From assembly GCF_048403405.1 (NCBI RefSeq), contig NZ_CP183129.1: a stretch of DNA of 64,000 bases. One strand, written 5' to 3'. The translations under genes and the position numbers were made by a program. Positions 9,611 to 19,840 of this stretch are shown here, piece by piece. The stretch is from Escherichia coli. GTDB lineage: Bacteria; Pseudomonadota; Gammaproteobacteria; Enterobacterales; Enterobacteriaceae. Position 1 is the stretch's first letter, and the number at the start of each line of letters is the position of its first letter. The notes under the pieces are model-generated. The model was not told the origin of the DNA, made no database searches, and saw only the letters and a list, made by a program, of their open reading frames with translations.

Positions 9611-10831
9611 ATGACACCAGGCGGACAAGCTCAGATAGGTAATGTTGATCTCGTAAAACAGCTTAACAGCGCGGCGGTTTATCGCTTGATTGACCAGTAC
9701 GGGCCAATCTCGCGGATTCAGATTGCCGAGCAAAGCCAGCTTGCCCCCGCCAGCGTAACCAAAATTACGCGTCAGCTTATCGAACGCGGGCTGATTAAAG
9801 AAGTTGATCAGCAGGCCTCCACCGGGGGCCGCCGCGCTATCTCTATCGTCACCGAAACCCGCAATTTCCACGCAATCGGCGTACGGCTTGGTCGTCACGA
9901 CGCCACCATCACTCTGTTTGATCTCAGTAGCAAAGTGCTGGCAGAAGAACATTACCCGCTGCCGGAACGTACCCAGCAGACGCTGGAACATGCCCTGCTG
10001 AATGCCATTGCTCAGTTTATTGATAGCTACCAGCGCAAACTGCGCGAGCTGATCGCCATTTCCGTGATCCTGCCAGGACTTGTTGACCCGGACAGCGGCA
10101 AAATTCATTACATGCCGCATATTCAGGTAGAAAACTGGGGGCTGGTAGAAGCTCTGGAAGAACGTTTTAAAGTGACCTGTTTCGTCGGTCACGATATCCG
10201 TAGTCTGGCGCTGGCGGAGCACTACTTCGGTGCAAGTCAGGATTGCGAAGACTCCATTCTGGTGCGTGTACATCGCGGAACCGGGGCCGGGATTATCTCT
10301 AACGGGCGCATTTTTATTGGCCGCAACGGTAACGTCGGTGAAATTGGCCATATTCAGGTCGAACCGCTGGGTGAACGCTGCCACTGCGGCAACTTTGGCT
10401 GCCTGGAAACTATCGCCGCCAACGCTGCCATTGAACAACGGGTGTTGAATCTGTTAAAGCAGGGCTACCAGAGCCGTGTGCCACTGGACGACTGCACCAT
10501 CAAAACTATCTGCAAAGCCGCGAACAAAGGCGATAGCCTGGCGTCGGAAGTGATTGAGTATGTCGGTCGTCATCTGGGCAAAACCATCGCCATTGCTATC
10601 AACTTATTTAATCCGCAAAAAATTGTTATTGCCGGTGAGATCACCGAAGCCGATAAAGTGCTGCTCCCTGCTATTGAAAGCTGCATTAATACCCAGGCGC
10701 TGAAGGCGTTTCGTACTAATCTGCCGGTGGTACGTTCTGAGCTGGATCACCGCTCGGCAATCGGCGCTTTTGCGCTGGTAAAACGCGCCATGCTCAACGG
10801 TATTTTGCTCCAGCATTTGCTGGAAAATTAA
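9611..10831 (+). CDS. nagC: N-acetylglucosamine repressor (ROK family)
   Basis: 406 aa with an N-terminal HTH, a ROK domain and the CHCGNFGCLE zinc motif. Confidence 0.97.
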   Translation: MTPGGQAQIGNVDLVKQLNSAAVYRLIDQYGPISRIQIAEQSQLAPASVTKITRQLIERGLIKEVDQQASTGGRRAISIVTETRNFHAIGVRLGRHDATITLFDLSSKVLAEEHYPLPERTQQTLEHALLNAIAQFIDSYQRKLRELIAISVILPGLVDPDSGKIHYMPHIQVENWGLVEALEERFKVTCFVGHDIRSLALAEHYFGASQDCEDSILVRVHRGTGAGIISNGRIFIGRNGNVGEIGHIQVEPLGERCHCGNFGCLETIAANAAIEQRVLNLLKQGYQSRVPLDDCTIKTICKAANKGDSLASEVIEYVGRHLGKTIAIAINLFNPQKIVIAGEITEADKVLLPAIESCINTQALKAFRTNLPVVRSELDHRSAIGAFALVKRAMLNGILLQHLLEN

Positions 10832-10878
10832 TGTGCTTTTATAGTGGCGCTTATTGTTGTCAATATTCTGGGTAGTCC

Positions 10879-11631
10879 ATGACCATTAAAAATGTAATTT
10901 GCGATATCGACGGCGTGCTGATGCACGATAACGTCGCCGTACCGGGTGCAGCGGAATTTTTGCACGGGATTATGGATAAAGGCCTGCCGCTGGTGTTGCT
11001 GACCAACTATCCTTCGCAGACCGGGCAAGATCTGGCGAACCGCTTTGCCACTGCCGGTGTCGATGTACCGGATAGCGTGTTTTATACCTCCGCGATGGCA
11101 ACCGCCGATTTCCTGCGTCGCCAGGAAGGCAAGAAAGCATATGTGGTGGGCGAAGGCGCACTGATTCATGAACTGTACAAAGCCGGTTTCACTATTACCG
11201 ATGTGAACCCTGATTTTGTGATTGTTGGCGAAACGCGTTCCTACAACTGGGACATGATGCATAAAGCAGCCTATTTCGTCGCTAACGGTGCACGCTTTAT
11301 CGCCACCAACCCGGACACCCACGGGCGCGGTTTTTATCCCGCGTGTGGCGCGTTGTGTGCAGGCATCGAAAAAATCTCCGGGCGTAAACCGTTCTATGTT
11401 GGTAAACCGAGTCCGTGGATCATCCGCGCAGCATTAAACAAAATGCAGGCGCATTCGGAAGAAACAGTGATTGTCGGCGATAACCTGCGTACCGATATTC
11501 TGGCGGGCTTCCAGGCCGGTCTGGAGACGATTCTGGTACTCTCTGGCGTTTCGTCGCTCGACGATATCGACAGTATGCCATTCCGCCCCAGCTGGATTTA
11601 CCCATCGGTCGCTGAAATCGACGTTATCTGA
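10879..11631 (+). CDS. nagD: HAD-family ribonucleotide monophosphatase
   Basis: 250 aa with the DIDGVL HAD motif. It is the last gene of nagBACD. Confidence 0.95.
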   Translation: MTIKNVICDIDGVLMHDNVAVPGAAEFLHGIMDKGLPLVLLTNYPSQTGQDLANRFATAGVDVPDSVFYTSAMATADFLRRQEGKKAYVVGEGALIHELYKAGFTITDVNPDFVIVGETRSYNWDMMHKAAYFVANGARFIATNPDTHGRGFYPACGALCAGIEKISGRKPFYVGKPSPWIIRAALNKMQAHSEETVIVGDNLRTDILAGFQAGLETILVLSGVSSLDDIDSMPFRPSWIYPSVAEIDVI

Positions 11632-11638
11632 ATAGCAA

Positions 11639-11668
11639 CCACGCCTCAGGGCGTGGTTTCTTATTTTT
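11639..11668 (+). terminator. nagD rho-independent terminator
   Basis: CCACGCC-TCAG-GGCGTGG followed by TTTCTTATTTTT. Confidence 0.7.
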
Positions 11669-11887
11669 ACCCATCATTAAAATTCACCCATTCAATAAAA
11701 CCCGCCAAAAATTATCGATTCATCAATAAATACACCTCCACACCCTACCCTTTTTCATTAATCAGCAATCACCATTACGTTTTTTATTTACCCCCTGCCA
11801 AATCGCTTGCGTACAGTGCTGCTTTGCGGCATTTTTTTAAACAAGCAAACACAACAAGCAACAAATACCAGGTTAACGGAGAAGGTT

Positions 11888-13552
11888 ATGTGTTCAATTT
11901 TTGGCGTATTCGATATCAAAACAGACGCAGTTGAGCTGCGTAAGAAAGCACTCGAACTGTCACGCCTGATGCGTCATCGTGGCCCGGACTGGTCCGGTAT
12001 TTATGCCAGCGATAACGCCATTCTCGCCCACGAACGTCTGTCAATTGTTGACGTTAACGCGGGGGCGCAACCTCTCTACAACCAACAAAAAACTCATGTG
12101 CTGGCGGTAAACGGTGAAATCTACAACCACCAGGCACTGCGCGCCGAATATGGCGATCGTTATCAGTTCCAGACCGGATCTGACTGCGAAGTGATCCTCG
12201 CGCTGTATCAGGAAAAAGGGCCGGAATTTCTCGACGACTTGCAGGGCATGTTTGCCTTTGCCCTGTACGACAGCGAAAAAGATGCATATCTGATTGGTCG
12301 CGACCATCTGGGGATCATCCCACTGTATATGGGCTATGACGAACACGGTCAGCTGTATGTGGCCTCAGAAATGAAAGCCCTGGTGCCAGTTTGCCGCACG
12401 ATTAAAGAGTTCCCGGCGGGGAGCTATTTGTGGAGCCAGGACGGCGAAATCCGTTCTTATTATCACCGCGACTGGTTCGACTTTGATGCAGTGAAAGATA
12501 ACGTGACCGACAAAAACGAGCTGCGTCAGGCACTGGAAGATTCCGTTAAAAGCCATCTGATGTCTGACGTTCCTTACGGTGTGCTGCTATCTGGTGGCCT
12601 GGATTCCTCAATCATTTCCGCGATCACCAAGAAATACGCCGCCCGTCGCGTGGAAGATCAGGAACGCTCTGAAGCCTGGTGGCCGCAATTACACTCCTTT
12701 GCTGTAGGTCTGCCGGGTTCACCGGATCTGAAAGCAGCCCAGGAAGTGGCAAACCATCTGGGCACGGTGCATCACGAAATTCACTTCACTGTACAGGAAG
12801 GTCTGGACGCCATCCGCGACGTGATTTACCACATCGAAACCTATGATGTGACCACTATTCGCGCTTCAACACCGATGTATTTAATGTCGCGGAAGATCAA
12901 GGCGATGGGCATTAAAATGGTGCTGTCCGGTGAAGGTTCTGATGAAGTGTTTGGCGGTTATCTTTACTTCCACAAAGCACCGAATGCCAAAGAACTGCAT
13001 GAAGAGACGGTGCGTAAACTGCTGGCCCTGCATATGTATGACTGCGCGCGTGCCAACAAAGCGATGTCAGCCTGGGGCGTGGAAGCACGCGTTCCGTTCC
13101 TCGACAAAAAATTCCTCGACGTGGCGATGCGCATTAACCCACAGGATAAAATGTGCGGTAACGGCAAAATGGAAAAACACATCCTGCGTGAATGTTTTGA
13201 GTCGTACTTGCCCGCAAGTGTGGCCTGGCGGCAGAAAGAGCAGTTCTCCGATGGCGTCGGTTACAGTTGGATCGACACCCTGAAAGAAGTAGCGGCACAG
13301 CAGGTTTCTGATCAACAGCTGGAAACTGCCCGCTTCCGCTTCCCGTACAACACGCCGACGTCCAAAGAAGCGTATCTGTACCGCGAGATCTTTGAAGAAC
13401 TGTTCCCGCTTCCGAGCGCCGCTGAGTGCGTGCCGGGCGGCCCTTCCGTCGCGTGTTCTTCCGCTAAAGCGATCGAGTGGGATGAGGCGTTCAAGAAAAT
13501 GGACGATCCGTCTGGTCGTGCGGTTGGTGTTCACCAGTCGGCGTATAAGTAA
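11888..13552 (+). CDS. asnB: Asparagine synthetase B (glutamine-hydrolysing)
   Basis: 554 aa from MCSIFGVFD (N-terminal Cys nucleophile after Met), behind a GGAGAAGG RBS. The track's 11807 start adds 27 unsupported residues. Confidence 0.96.
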   Translation: MCSIFGVFDIKTDAVELRKKALELSRLMRHRGPDWSGIYASDNAILAHERLSIVDVNAGAQPLYNQQKTHVLAVNGEIYNHQALRAEYGDRYQFQTGSDCEVILALYQEKGPEFLDDLQGMFAFALYDSEKDAYLIGRDHLGIIPLYMGYDEHGQLYVASEMKALVPVCRTIKEFPAGSYLWSQDGEIRSYYHRDWFDFDAVKDNVTDKNELRQALEDSVKSHLMSDVPYGVLLSGGLDSSIISAITKKYAARRVEDQERSEAWWPQLHSFAVGLPGSPDLKAAQEVANHLGTVHHEIHFTVQEGLDAIRDVIYHIETYDVTTIRASTPMYLMSRKIKAMGIKMVLSGEGSDEVFGGYLYFHKAPNAKELHEETVRKLLALHMYDCARANKAMSAWGVEARVPFLDKKFLDVAMRINPQDKMCGNGKMEKHILRECFESYLPASVAWRQKEQFSDGVGYSWIDTLKEVAAQQVSDQQLETARFRFPYNTPTSKEAYLYREIFEELFPLPSAAECVPGGPSVACSSAKAIEWDEAFKKMDDPSGRAVGVHQSAYK

Positions 13553-13565
13553 GAAATGCGGTACT

Positions 13566-13591
13566 GCCCCGGAGAAATCCGGGGCTGTTTT
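13566..13591 (+). terminator. asnB rho-independent terminator
   Basis: GCCCCGG-AGAAAT-CCGGGGC followed by TGTTTT. Confidence 0.7.
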
Positions 13592-13863
13592 AGTTATTGA
13601 GCTGCTTGTTGATTCTGATATGCAGTAAGGAAATGTTCCGGGTTTGCCACATCACTGTTTGACAACTCATCACTGTAGGCCAGTACTTCATAGATTAATT
13701 TCCCACCACTATTGTTGAATTCCGAATTTCATCCTGTATGACAAAAGAATGGCTGTAGGGTGGGGAAAAAACACAAAGTAAACAATAATTGACGAATATA
13801 GCGCCACGCTGTTCGCAACCTAACCAAACAGTCACTTTCGAGCAATTTTCCTTGAAAAAGAGG

Positions 13864-13892
13864 TTGACGCTGCAAGGCTCTATACGCATAAT
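13864..13892 (+). promoter_or_regulatory. Sigma-70 promoter of the metT tRNA operon
   Basis: TTGACG (-35), a 17-bp spacer, CATAAT (-10), then a GC-rich discriminator GCGCCCCGC typical of stringently controlled stable-RNA promoters. An A/T-rich UP-like tract lies upstream. Confidence 0.55.
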
Positions 13893-13931
13893 GCGCCCCG
13901 CAACGCCGATAAGGTATCGCGAAAAAAAGAT

Positions 13932-14008
13932 GGCTACGTAGCTCAGTTGGTTAGAGCACATCACTCATAATGATGGGGTCACAGGTTCGAATCCCGTCGT
14001 AGCCACCA
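13932..14008 (+). tRNA. metT: tRNA-Met (CAU), elongator
   Basis: 77 nt ending in CCA, with anticodon loop CTCATAA. Identical to the copy at 14324-14400. Confidence 0.95.
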
Positions 14009-14016
14009 TCTTTTTT

Positions 14017-14101
14017 GCGGGAGTGGCGAAATTGGTAGACGCACCAGATTTAGGTTCTGGCGCCGCAAGGTGTGCGAGTTCAAGTCTCGCCTCCCGCACC
14101 A
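14017..14101 (+). tRNA. leuW: tRNA-Leu (UAG)
   Basis: 85 nt class II tRNA with a long variable arm, anticodon TAG and a CCA end. Confidence 0.93.
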
Positions 14102-14124
14102 TTCACCAGAAAGCGTTGTACGGA

Positions 14125-14199
14125 TGGGGTATCGCCAAGCGGTAAGGCACCGGTTTTTGATACCGGCATTCCCTGGTTCGAATCCAGGTACCCCAGCCA
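14125..14199 (+). tRNA. glnU: tRNA-Gln (UUG)
   Basis: 75 nt, TGGGGTATCGCCAAGCGGTAAGGCA..., with anticodon stem CCGGT/ACCGG and loop TTTTGAT (UUG). Confidence 0.93.
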
Positions 14200-14233
14200 T
14201 CTTCTTCGAGTAAGCGGTTCACCGCCCGGTTAT

Positions 14234-14308
14234 TGGGGTATCGCCAAGCGGTAAGGCACCGGTTTTTGATACCGGCATTCCCTGGTTCGAATCCAGGTAC
14301 CCCAGCCA
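14234..14308 (+). tRNA. glnW: tRNA-Gln (UUG)
   Basis: Identical 75-nt copy of glnU. Confidence 0.93.
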
Positions 14309-14323
14309 TCGAAGAAACAATCT

Positions 14324-14400
14324 GGCTACGTAGCTCAGTTGGTTAGAGCACATCACTCATAATGATGGGGTCACAGGTTCGAATCCCGTCGTAGCCACCA
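14324..14400 (+). tRNA. metU: tRNA-Met (CAU), elongator
   Basis: Identical 77-nt copy of metT. Confidence 0.95.
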
Positions 14401-14448
14401 AATTCTGAATGTGTCGAATATGTTCGGCAAATTCAAAAACCAATTTGT

Positions 14449-14523
14449 TGGGGTATCGCCAAGCGGTAAGGCACCGGATTCTGATTCCGGCATTCCGAGG
14501 TTCGAATCCTCGTACCCCAGCCA
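14449..14523 (+). tRNA. glnV: tRNA-Gln (CUG)
   Basis: 75 nt with anticodon loop TTCTGAT (CUG). The T-arm differs from glnU/W. Confidence 0.93.
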
Positions 14524-14560
14524 ATTTATTCAAGACGCTTACCTTGTAAGTGCACCCAGT

Positions 14561-14635
14561 TGGGGTATCGCCAAGCGGTAAGGCACCGGATTCTGATTCC
14601 GGCATTCCGAGGTTCGAATCCTCGTACCCCAGCCA
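14561..14635 (+). tRNA. glnX: tRNA-Gln (CUG)
   Basis: Identical 75-nt copy of glnV. Confidence 0.93.
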
Positions 14636-14644
14636 CATTAAAAA

Positions 14645-14672
14645 AGCTCGCTTCGGCGAGCTTTTTGCTTTT
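14645..14672 (+). terminator. tRNA operon rho-independent terminator
   Basis: AGCTCGC-TTCG-GCGAGCT followed by TTTTGCTTTT. Confidence 0.8.
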
Positions 14673-14757
14673 ATGAAATCCGAAAAAATCACCCATACAT
14701 AGTGGTCGTTAATGACCAGTGATACATTGCCTGCCTTCATAACAAAAGGATCTTGCA

Positions 14758-15342
14758 ATGAATTATCAGCTATTCTCACCATTCTTTACCAAAGTCATCA
14801 TGCTGCTTATCGCATTGCTTTGCATTGTTCTTGCCTCATTTGGTATTTCTGCCCCATTTTGTTACATCGTTTTTATCGGCATCATTTTCCCCGTTGCTAT
14901 ATCAATGCGCATACACCGTCTCAATGAAACAGGAACAGCACTCACACTAACCGAAAGCTCACACTGGATCGTTTACATCCATGGTTTTCCAGCTGAGGAA
15001 CAACGTGAAGTTTTGAAAAACCCCTGTTTCTGGTCAACAGAAAGAGTGAAACAGTTTTTCCTTCGCGGTCTTGCTGGCAAGGTTATTCTTCAACTCGCCT
15101 GCCTTGCACTTCTGGTCAATGAATATTTCCGCTCAACACCAGGTTCCGGGCAAGACTTACTCGCAGCAGGCGTGCTGTTTTTTATTTTGTTTTCGATAAG
15201 CAAAAATTTCTGGACGATGTATCTTCTCGCCACAGATAAATGGCAGTGCGAATCCCTGACCACCACCAGCGGTAGCCTTTGGTATCAGGGATTTCTGTGT
15301 AAAGGAAACAGAAGAGTTACGCTGTTTTCGCGGCTGGTGTAA
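14758..15342 (+). CDS. Hypothetical four-TM membrane protein (194 aa); no family recognised
   Basis: AAGGA RBS 7 nt upstream of the ATG. Two N-terminal and two central hydrophobic helices, with a ~50-aa soluble loop and a Cys/Trp-containing C-terminal tail. AT-richer than its neighbours. Ends 6 nt from the convergent ubiF stop. Confidence 0.55.
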   Translation: MNYQLFSPFFTKVIMLLIALLCIVLASFGISAPFCYIVFIGIIFPVAISMRIHRLNETGTALTLTESSHWIVYIHGFPAEEQREVLKNPCFWSTERVKQFFLRGLAGKVILQLACLALLVNEYFRSTPGSGQDLLAAGVLFFILFSISKNFWTMYLLATDKWQCESLTTTSGSLWYQGFLCKGNRRVTLFSRLV

Positions 15343-15348
15343 CAGCTA

Positions 15349-16524
15349 CTACAACCCTAACGCATATTTCAGCGCCTGACGTTTCAACATGCCAGCACGC
15401 TCCGCCGCCATCAAACCAAGATTACGCACAAAACGCAGTGGTGGCAGATTATTGCTGAATCCGGCATAGAACAGATCCATACCGCTCTGCATAATGAAGT
15501 TATCCGCCATGCGCCGCATCTGGTAACGCTTGAGGATCGGATAACTGGCCCACGCTTCGCCATAGCTGCGAGCGTTGACCAGAACGTCAATCAGGGCATC
15601 GACATCACGATAACCAAGATTCACCCCCTGCCCCGCCAGCGGATGGATGGTATGCGCGGCATCGCCCACCAGCGCAAGCCCCGGCTGCACATACTGCAAC
15701 GCATGGCGGCGCGTCAGCGGAAAAGCGCCAGCGGCAAGCGGTGTTACATACCCAAGACGCGACGGGAAATGCTTCGCGATTTCCGCCTGTAACTGCGCCA
15801 TATTCATATTCTGCAACTGGCGAATGCGTGCCGGAGAGTCATACCACACCAGCGATGCCCAGTTATCAAACAACGGCAGAAACGCACGAGGTCCATCCGG
15901 GGTAAATTGCTGCCAGGTGCTGTCGCCGGGATCGTTCTCACACTGTACGCTAATTAACATACACGACTGTGCATACTGCCAGGCATGAACGCCAATTCCC
16001 GCCATCTGCCGCACCTGGGAATTTGCGCCGTCGGCACCAATCACCAGCTTCGCGCGGATCGTTTCACCGCCCTTCAGTTCCAGCTCCTGAAGATCATTAT
16101 GGCGATGCAGCGCAATCAGCGAGCCTGGCACACGTAACGTTACTTTCGGATGCGCTTCCAGCGCCTGCCACAGCGCCTGTTGCAGAACAGTGTTTTCCAC
16201 CATGTAGCCAAGCACAGGCAGCTTTAATTCGGCTGCATCAAACACCACATGCGCCGTTTCCCACTCCCAAGTTTCCAGTCTGCGGTAAGGATGGCAACGC
16301 ATAGCCTGTACCGCGTCCCAGACGCCTAAACCTTTAAGCAATGATACCGAAGCCGCACTGATCGCCGAGATCCGCACGTCCGGCTGGCTATCAACAACAA
16401 ACGTCGCAGATTGGGCATGTTCGATAACCGTTACCGAAAATCCGTGCTGAGCCAGTCCCAGCGCCAGTGCGCCGCCGACCATTCCTCCGCCGACAATGGC
16501 AATTTCCGTTGGTTGATTTGTCAT
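15349..16524 (-). CDS. ubiF: 2-octaprenyl-3-methyl-6-methoxy-1,4-benzoquinol hydroxylase (ubiquinone biosynthesis)
   Basis: 391 aa from MTNQPTEIAIVGGGMVGG (FAD GxGxxG). The track ORF starts 2 codons earlier. Confidence 0.93.
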   Translation of the reverse strand: MTNQPTEIAIVGGGMVGGALALGLAQHGFSVTVIEHAQSATFVVDSQPDVRISAISAASVSLLKGLGVWDAVQAMRCHPYRRLETWEWETAHVVFDAAELKLPVLGYMVENTVLQQALWQALEAHPKVTLRVPGSLIALHRHNDLQELELKGGETIRAKLVIGADGANSQVRQMAGIGVHAWQYAQSCMLISVQCENDPGDSTWQQFTPDGPRAFLPLFDNWASLVWYDSPARIRQLQNMNMAQLQAEIAKHFPSRLGYVTPLAAGAFPLTRRHALQYVQPGLALVGDAAHTIHPLAGQGVNLGYRDVDALIDVLVNARSYGEAWASYPILKRYQMRRMADNFIMQSGMDLFYAGFSNNLPPLRFVRNLGLMAAERAGMLKRQALKYALGL

Positions 16525-16669
16525 GGTCAATCATCCTGTTAGCAATATGCTTTAAGTTTACAGGATTTTTACCCCTAAGGGCTGATAACGCTCATACTGG
16601 TCACAACGGCAGCAAAGCATTACACTATGCGCCCTGCATTCCTGGCTACTATTTCGCAAGAGCAAGTCG

Positions 16670-18094
16670 ATGACCAAAAAACTCCATATTAAAACCTGGG
16701 GCTGTCAGATGAACGAGTACGATTCATCGAAGATGGCCGATCTGCTGGATGCCACCCACGGCTATCAACTGACCGACGTGGCGGAAGAAGCGGATGTGCT
16801 GCTGCTGAACACCTGCTCAATCCGCGAGAAGGCTCAGGAAAAAGTCTTCCATCAGTTGGGTCGCTGGAAACTGTTAAAAGAGAAGAATCCAGACCTGATT
16901 ATCGGCGTCGGCGGCTGCGTGGCATCGCAAGAAGGTGAGCACATTCGCCAGCGCGCCCACTATGTCGATATTATTTTTGGGCCGCAAACGCTGCACCGTC
17001 TGCCGGAGATGATCAACTCCGTGCGCGGCGACCGCAGCCCGGTTGTAGATATCAGCTTCCCGGAAATCGAGAAGTTTGACCGTCTGCCGGAACCGCGTGC
17101 CGAAGGGCCGACCGCGTTTGTCTCCATCATGGAAGGCTGCAATAAATATTGCACCTACTGCGTAGTGCCTTACACCCGTGGTGAAGAGGTAAGCCGTCCG
17201 TCCGACGATATTCTGTTTGAGATCGCCCAGCTTGCGGCTCAGGGCGTGCGTGAAGTCAACCTGCTCGGTCAGAACGTGAACGCCTGGCGTGGTGAAAACT
17301 ACGACGGCACCACCGGATCGTTTGCCGATCTGCTGCGTCTGGTTGCGGCGATCGACGGGATCGATCGTATTCGCTTTACCACCAGCCATCCGATCGAATT
17401 CACCGACGATATCATCGAAGTGTACCGCGACACGCCGGAGCTGGTGAGCTTCCTGCATCTGCCGGTACAGAGCGGTTCCGATCGCATTCTGAACCTGATG
17501 GGACGTACCCATACAGCGCTGGAGTACAAAGCGATCATCCGTAAGCTGCGTGCGGCGCGTCCGGATATTCAGATCAGTTCTGACTTCATCGTTGGCTTCC
17601 CTGGCGAAACCACCGAAGACTTCGAGAAAACGATGAAGCTGATTGCCGACGTCAATTTCGACATGAGCTACAGCTTTATCTTCTCCGCTCGTCCAGGTAC
17701 ACCAGCCGCCGATATGGTTGATGATGTTCCGGAAGAAGAGAAGAAGCAGCGTCTGTATATTCTGCAAGAGCGCATTAACCAGCAAGCGATGGCATGGAGC
17801 CGCCGGATGCTCGGCACCACCCAGCGTATTCTGGTAGAAGGTACATCGCGTAAGAGCATCATGGAGCTTTCCGGGCGTACCGAAAATAACCGCGTGGTCA
17901 ACTTCGAGGGCACACCGGATATGATCGGTAAATTCGTCGATGTAGAAATTACCGACGTCTACCCGAACTCTCTGCGCGGTAAAGTGGTGCGTACTGAAGA
18001 TGAAATGGGTCTGCGCGTGGCAGAAACACCAGAATCGGTGATTGCCCGTACCCGCAAAGAAAACGACCTTGGCGTGGGTTATTATCAGCCGTAA
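16670..18094 (+). CDS. miaB: tRNA-i6A37 methylthiotransferase (radical SAM)
   Basis: 474 aa with the CxxxCxxC radical-SAM motif (CNKYCTYC) and a TRAM C-terminus. Confidence 0.97.
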
Positions 18095-18099
18095 TTCTC

Positions 18100-18130
18100 A
18101 GGCCCGCCGTTCCGGTGGGCCTTGTTTTTT
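18100..18130 (+). terminator. miaB rho-independent terminator or attenuator
   Basis: 10-bp stem AGGCCCGCCG/CGGTGGGCCT (one G-U pair) followed by TGTTTTTT. Confidence 0.7.
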
Positions 18131-18246
18131 CTCTCTTTATCCCCATCTTTATTGCAATGCTTGCGCCTTTTTCCTGTGGCGTGAATAATTTCCTTATAGG
18201 CCGGTGAATGTTCAGCTTCCGGCGGCATACAGATAAGAGGAACGGT

Positions 18247-19287
18247 TTGAACATAGACACTCGCGAAATCACCCTGGAGCCAGCAGACAATGCGCGTCTG
18301 TTGAGCCTGTGCGGCCCGTTTGATGACAACATCAAACAACTCGAACGCCGTCTCGGCATCGAGATCAATCGCCGCGATAACCACTTTAAACTGACCGGCC
18401 GTCCGATTTGCGTCACCGCTGCGGCAGACATTCTGCGTAGCCTGTATGTCGATACCGCCCCGATGCGCGGTCAGATTCAGGATATCGAACCGGAACAGAT
18501 CCACCTTGCGATTAAAGAAGCGCGAGTACTGGAGCAAAGCGCGGAGAGCGTGCCGGAGTACGGCAAAGCGGTCAATATCAAAACCAAACGCGGCGTAATT
18601 AAGCCGCGCACACCAAACCAGGCGCAGTACATCGCCAATATTCTCGACCATGACATCACCTTCGGCGTTGGCCCGGCGGGTACGGGTAAAACCTACCTGG
18701 CAGTGGCTGCGGCAGTTGATGCCCTGGAGCGTCAGGAAATTCGCCGTATTCTGCTGACTCGTCCGGCGGTAGAAGCCGGTGAGAAACTGGGCTTCCTGCC
18801 TGGCGATTTAAGCCAGAAAGTAGATCCGTATCTGCGCCCGCTGTACGACGCGCTGTTTGAAATGCTGGGCTTTGAGAAAGTCGAGAAACTGATTGAGCGC
18901 AACGTTATTGAAGTCGCGCCGCTGGCCTATATGCGTGGTCGTACGCTGAATGACGCCTTTATCATTCTCGATGAGAGCCAGAACACCACCATCGAACAGA
19001 TGAAGATGTTCCTGACCCGTATCGGTTTTAACTCAAAAGCGGTTATCACCGGCGACGTCACACAGATCGACCTGCCGCGTAATACTAAATCAGGCTTACG
19101 TCACGCCATCGAAGTGCTGGCCGATGTTGAAGAGATCAGCTTTAACTTCTTCCACAGCGAAGACGTGGTTCGTCACCCGGTGGTGGCGCGTATCGTTAAC
19201 GCTTATGAAGCCTGGGAAGAAGCAGAACAAAAACGTAAAGCGGCGCTGGCAGCAGAACGCAAGCGCGAAGAACAGGAACAAAAATGA
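18247..19287 (+). CDS. ybeZ: PhoH-like ATPase
   Basis: Walker [10 protein letters not shown] use the TTG start that gives the 346-aa form ([15 protein letters not shown]...). The ATG at 18208 (359 aa) cannot be excluded. Confidence 0.9.
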   Translation: MNIDTREITLEPADNARLLSLCGPFDDNIKQLERRLGIEINRRDNHFKLTGRPICVTAAADILRSLYVDTAPMRGQIQDIEPEQIHLAIKEARVLEQSAESVPEYGKAVNIKTKRGVIKPRTPNQAQYIANILDHDITFGVGPAGTGKTYLAVAAAVDALERQEIRRILLTRPAVEAGEKLGFLPGDLSQKVDPYLRPLYDALFEMLGFEKVEKLIERNVIEVAPLAYMRGRTLNDAFIILDESQNTTIEQMKMFLTRIGFNSKAVITGDVTQIDLPRNTKSGLRHAIEVLADVEEISFNFFHSEDVVRHPVVARIVNAYEAWEEAEQKRKAALAAERKREEQEQK

Positions 19288-19751
19288 GTCAGGTGATCCT
19301 CGATTTACAACTGGCATGTGAAGATAATTCCGGGTTACCGGAAGAGAGCCAGTTTCAAACATGGCTGAATGCGGTGATCCCGCAGTTTCAGGAAGAGTCG
19401 GAAGTGACTATTCGCGTGGTCGATACCGCCGAAAGCCACAGTCTGAATCTGACCTATCGCGGTAAGGATAAGCCGACCAACGTGCTCTCCTTCCCGTTTG
19501 AAGTGCCGCCTGGCATGGAAATGTCGCTACTGGGCGATCTGGTTATCTGCCGTCAGGTGGTTGAGAAGGAAGCTCAGGAGCAAGGCAAACCACTGGAGGC
19601 GCACTGGGCGCATATGGTGGTGCACGGCAGTCTGCATTTGTTAGGTTACGATCACATCGAAGATGACGAAGCAGAAGAAATGGAAGCCATCGAAACAGAG
19701 ATTATGCTTGCTCTGGGCTATGAGGATCCGTACATTGCCGAGAAAGAATAA
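19284..19751 (+). CDS. ybeY: Endoribonuclease YbeY (16S rRNA 3' maturation)
   Basis: 155 aa with the [11 protein letters not shown] zinc motif. ATGA overlap with ybeZ. Confidence 0.96.
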   Translation: MSQVILDLQLACEDNSGLPEESQFQTWLNAVIPQFQEESEVTIRVVDTAESHSLNLTYRGKDKPTNVLSFPFEVPPGMEMSLLGDLVICRQVVEKEAQEQGKPLEAHWAHMVVHGSLHLLGYDHIEDDEAEEMEAIETEIMLALGYEDPYIAEKE

Positions 19752-19840
19752 TTTGCCAGGCATTTGACTGGCAGACGTCCCCGCCGTTGGTGATTAACGA
19801 CGGCGTTTTGATTAACTAACATGAGAACCCATACGACGCC

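Noticed and set aside
11653-11934. 93-aa ORF in the nagD-asnB spacer
   Set aside because: It is an AT-rich promoter and leader region of asnB. It has no RBS, reads into the asnB start out of frame, and its composition is not protein-like.
13695-14782. ORFs 13695-13964, 13979-14200, 14072-14254, 14103-14309 and 14357-14782 across the tRNA array
   Set aside because: They are translations of tRNA genes and spacers on either strand. The region is fully explained by seven tRNAs, a promoter and a terminator.
19782-19810. Hairpin CGCCGT-N12-ACGGCG followed by TTTTG between ybeY and corC
   Set aside because: The stem is short (6 bp) with a large loop, inside a known operon (ybeZ-ybeY-corC-lnt). At most it is a weak attenuator, not confident enough to list as a feature.
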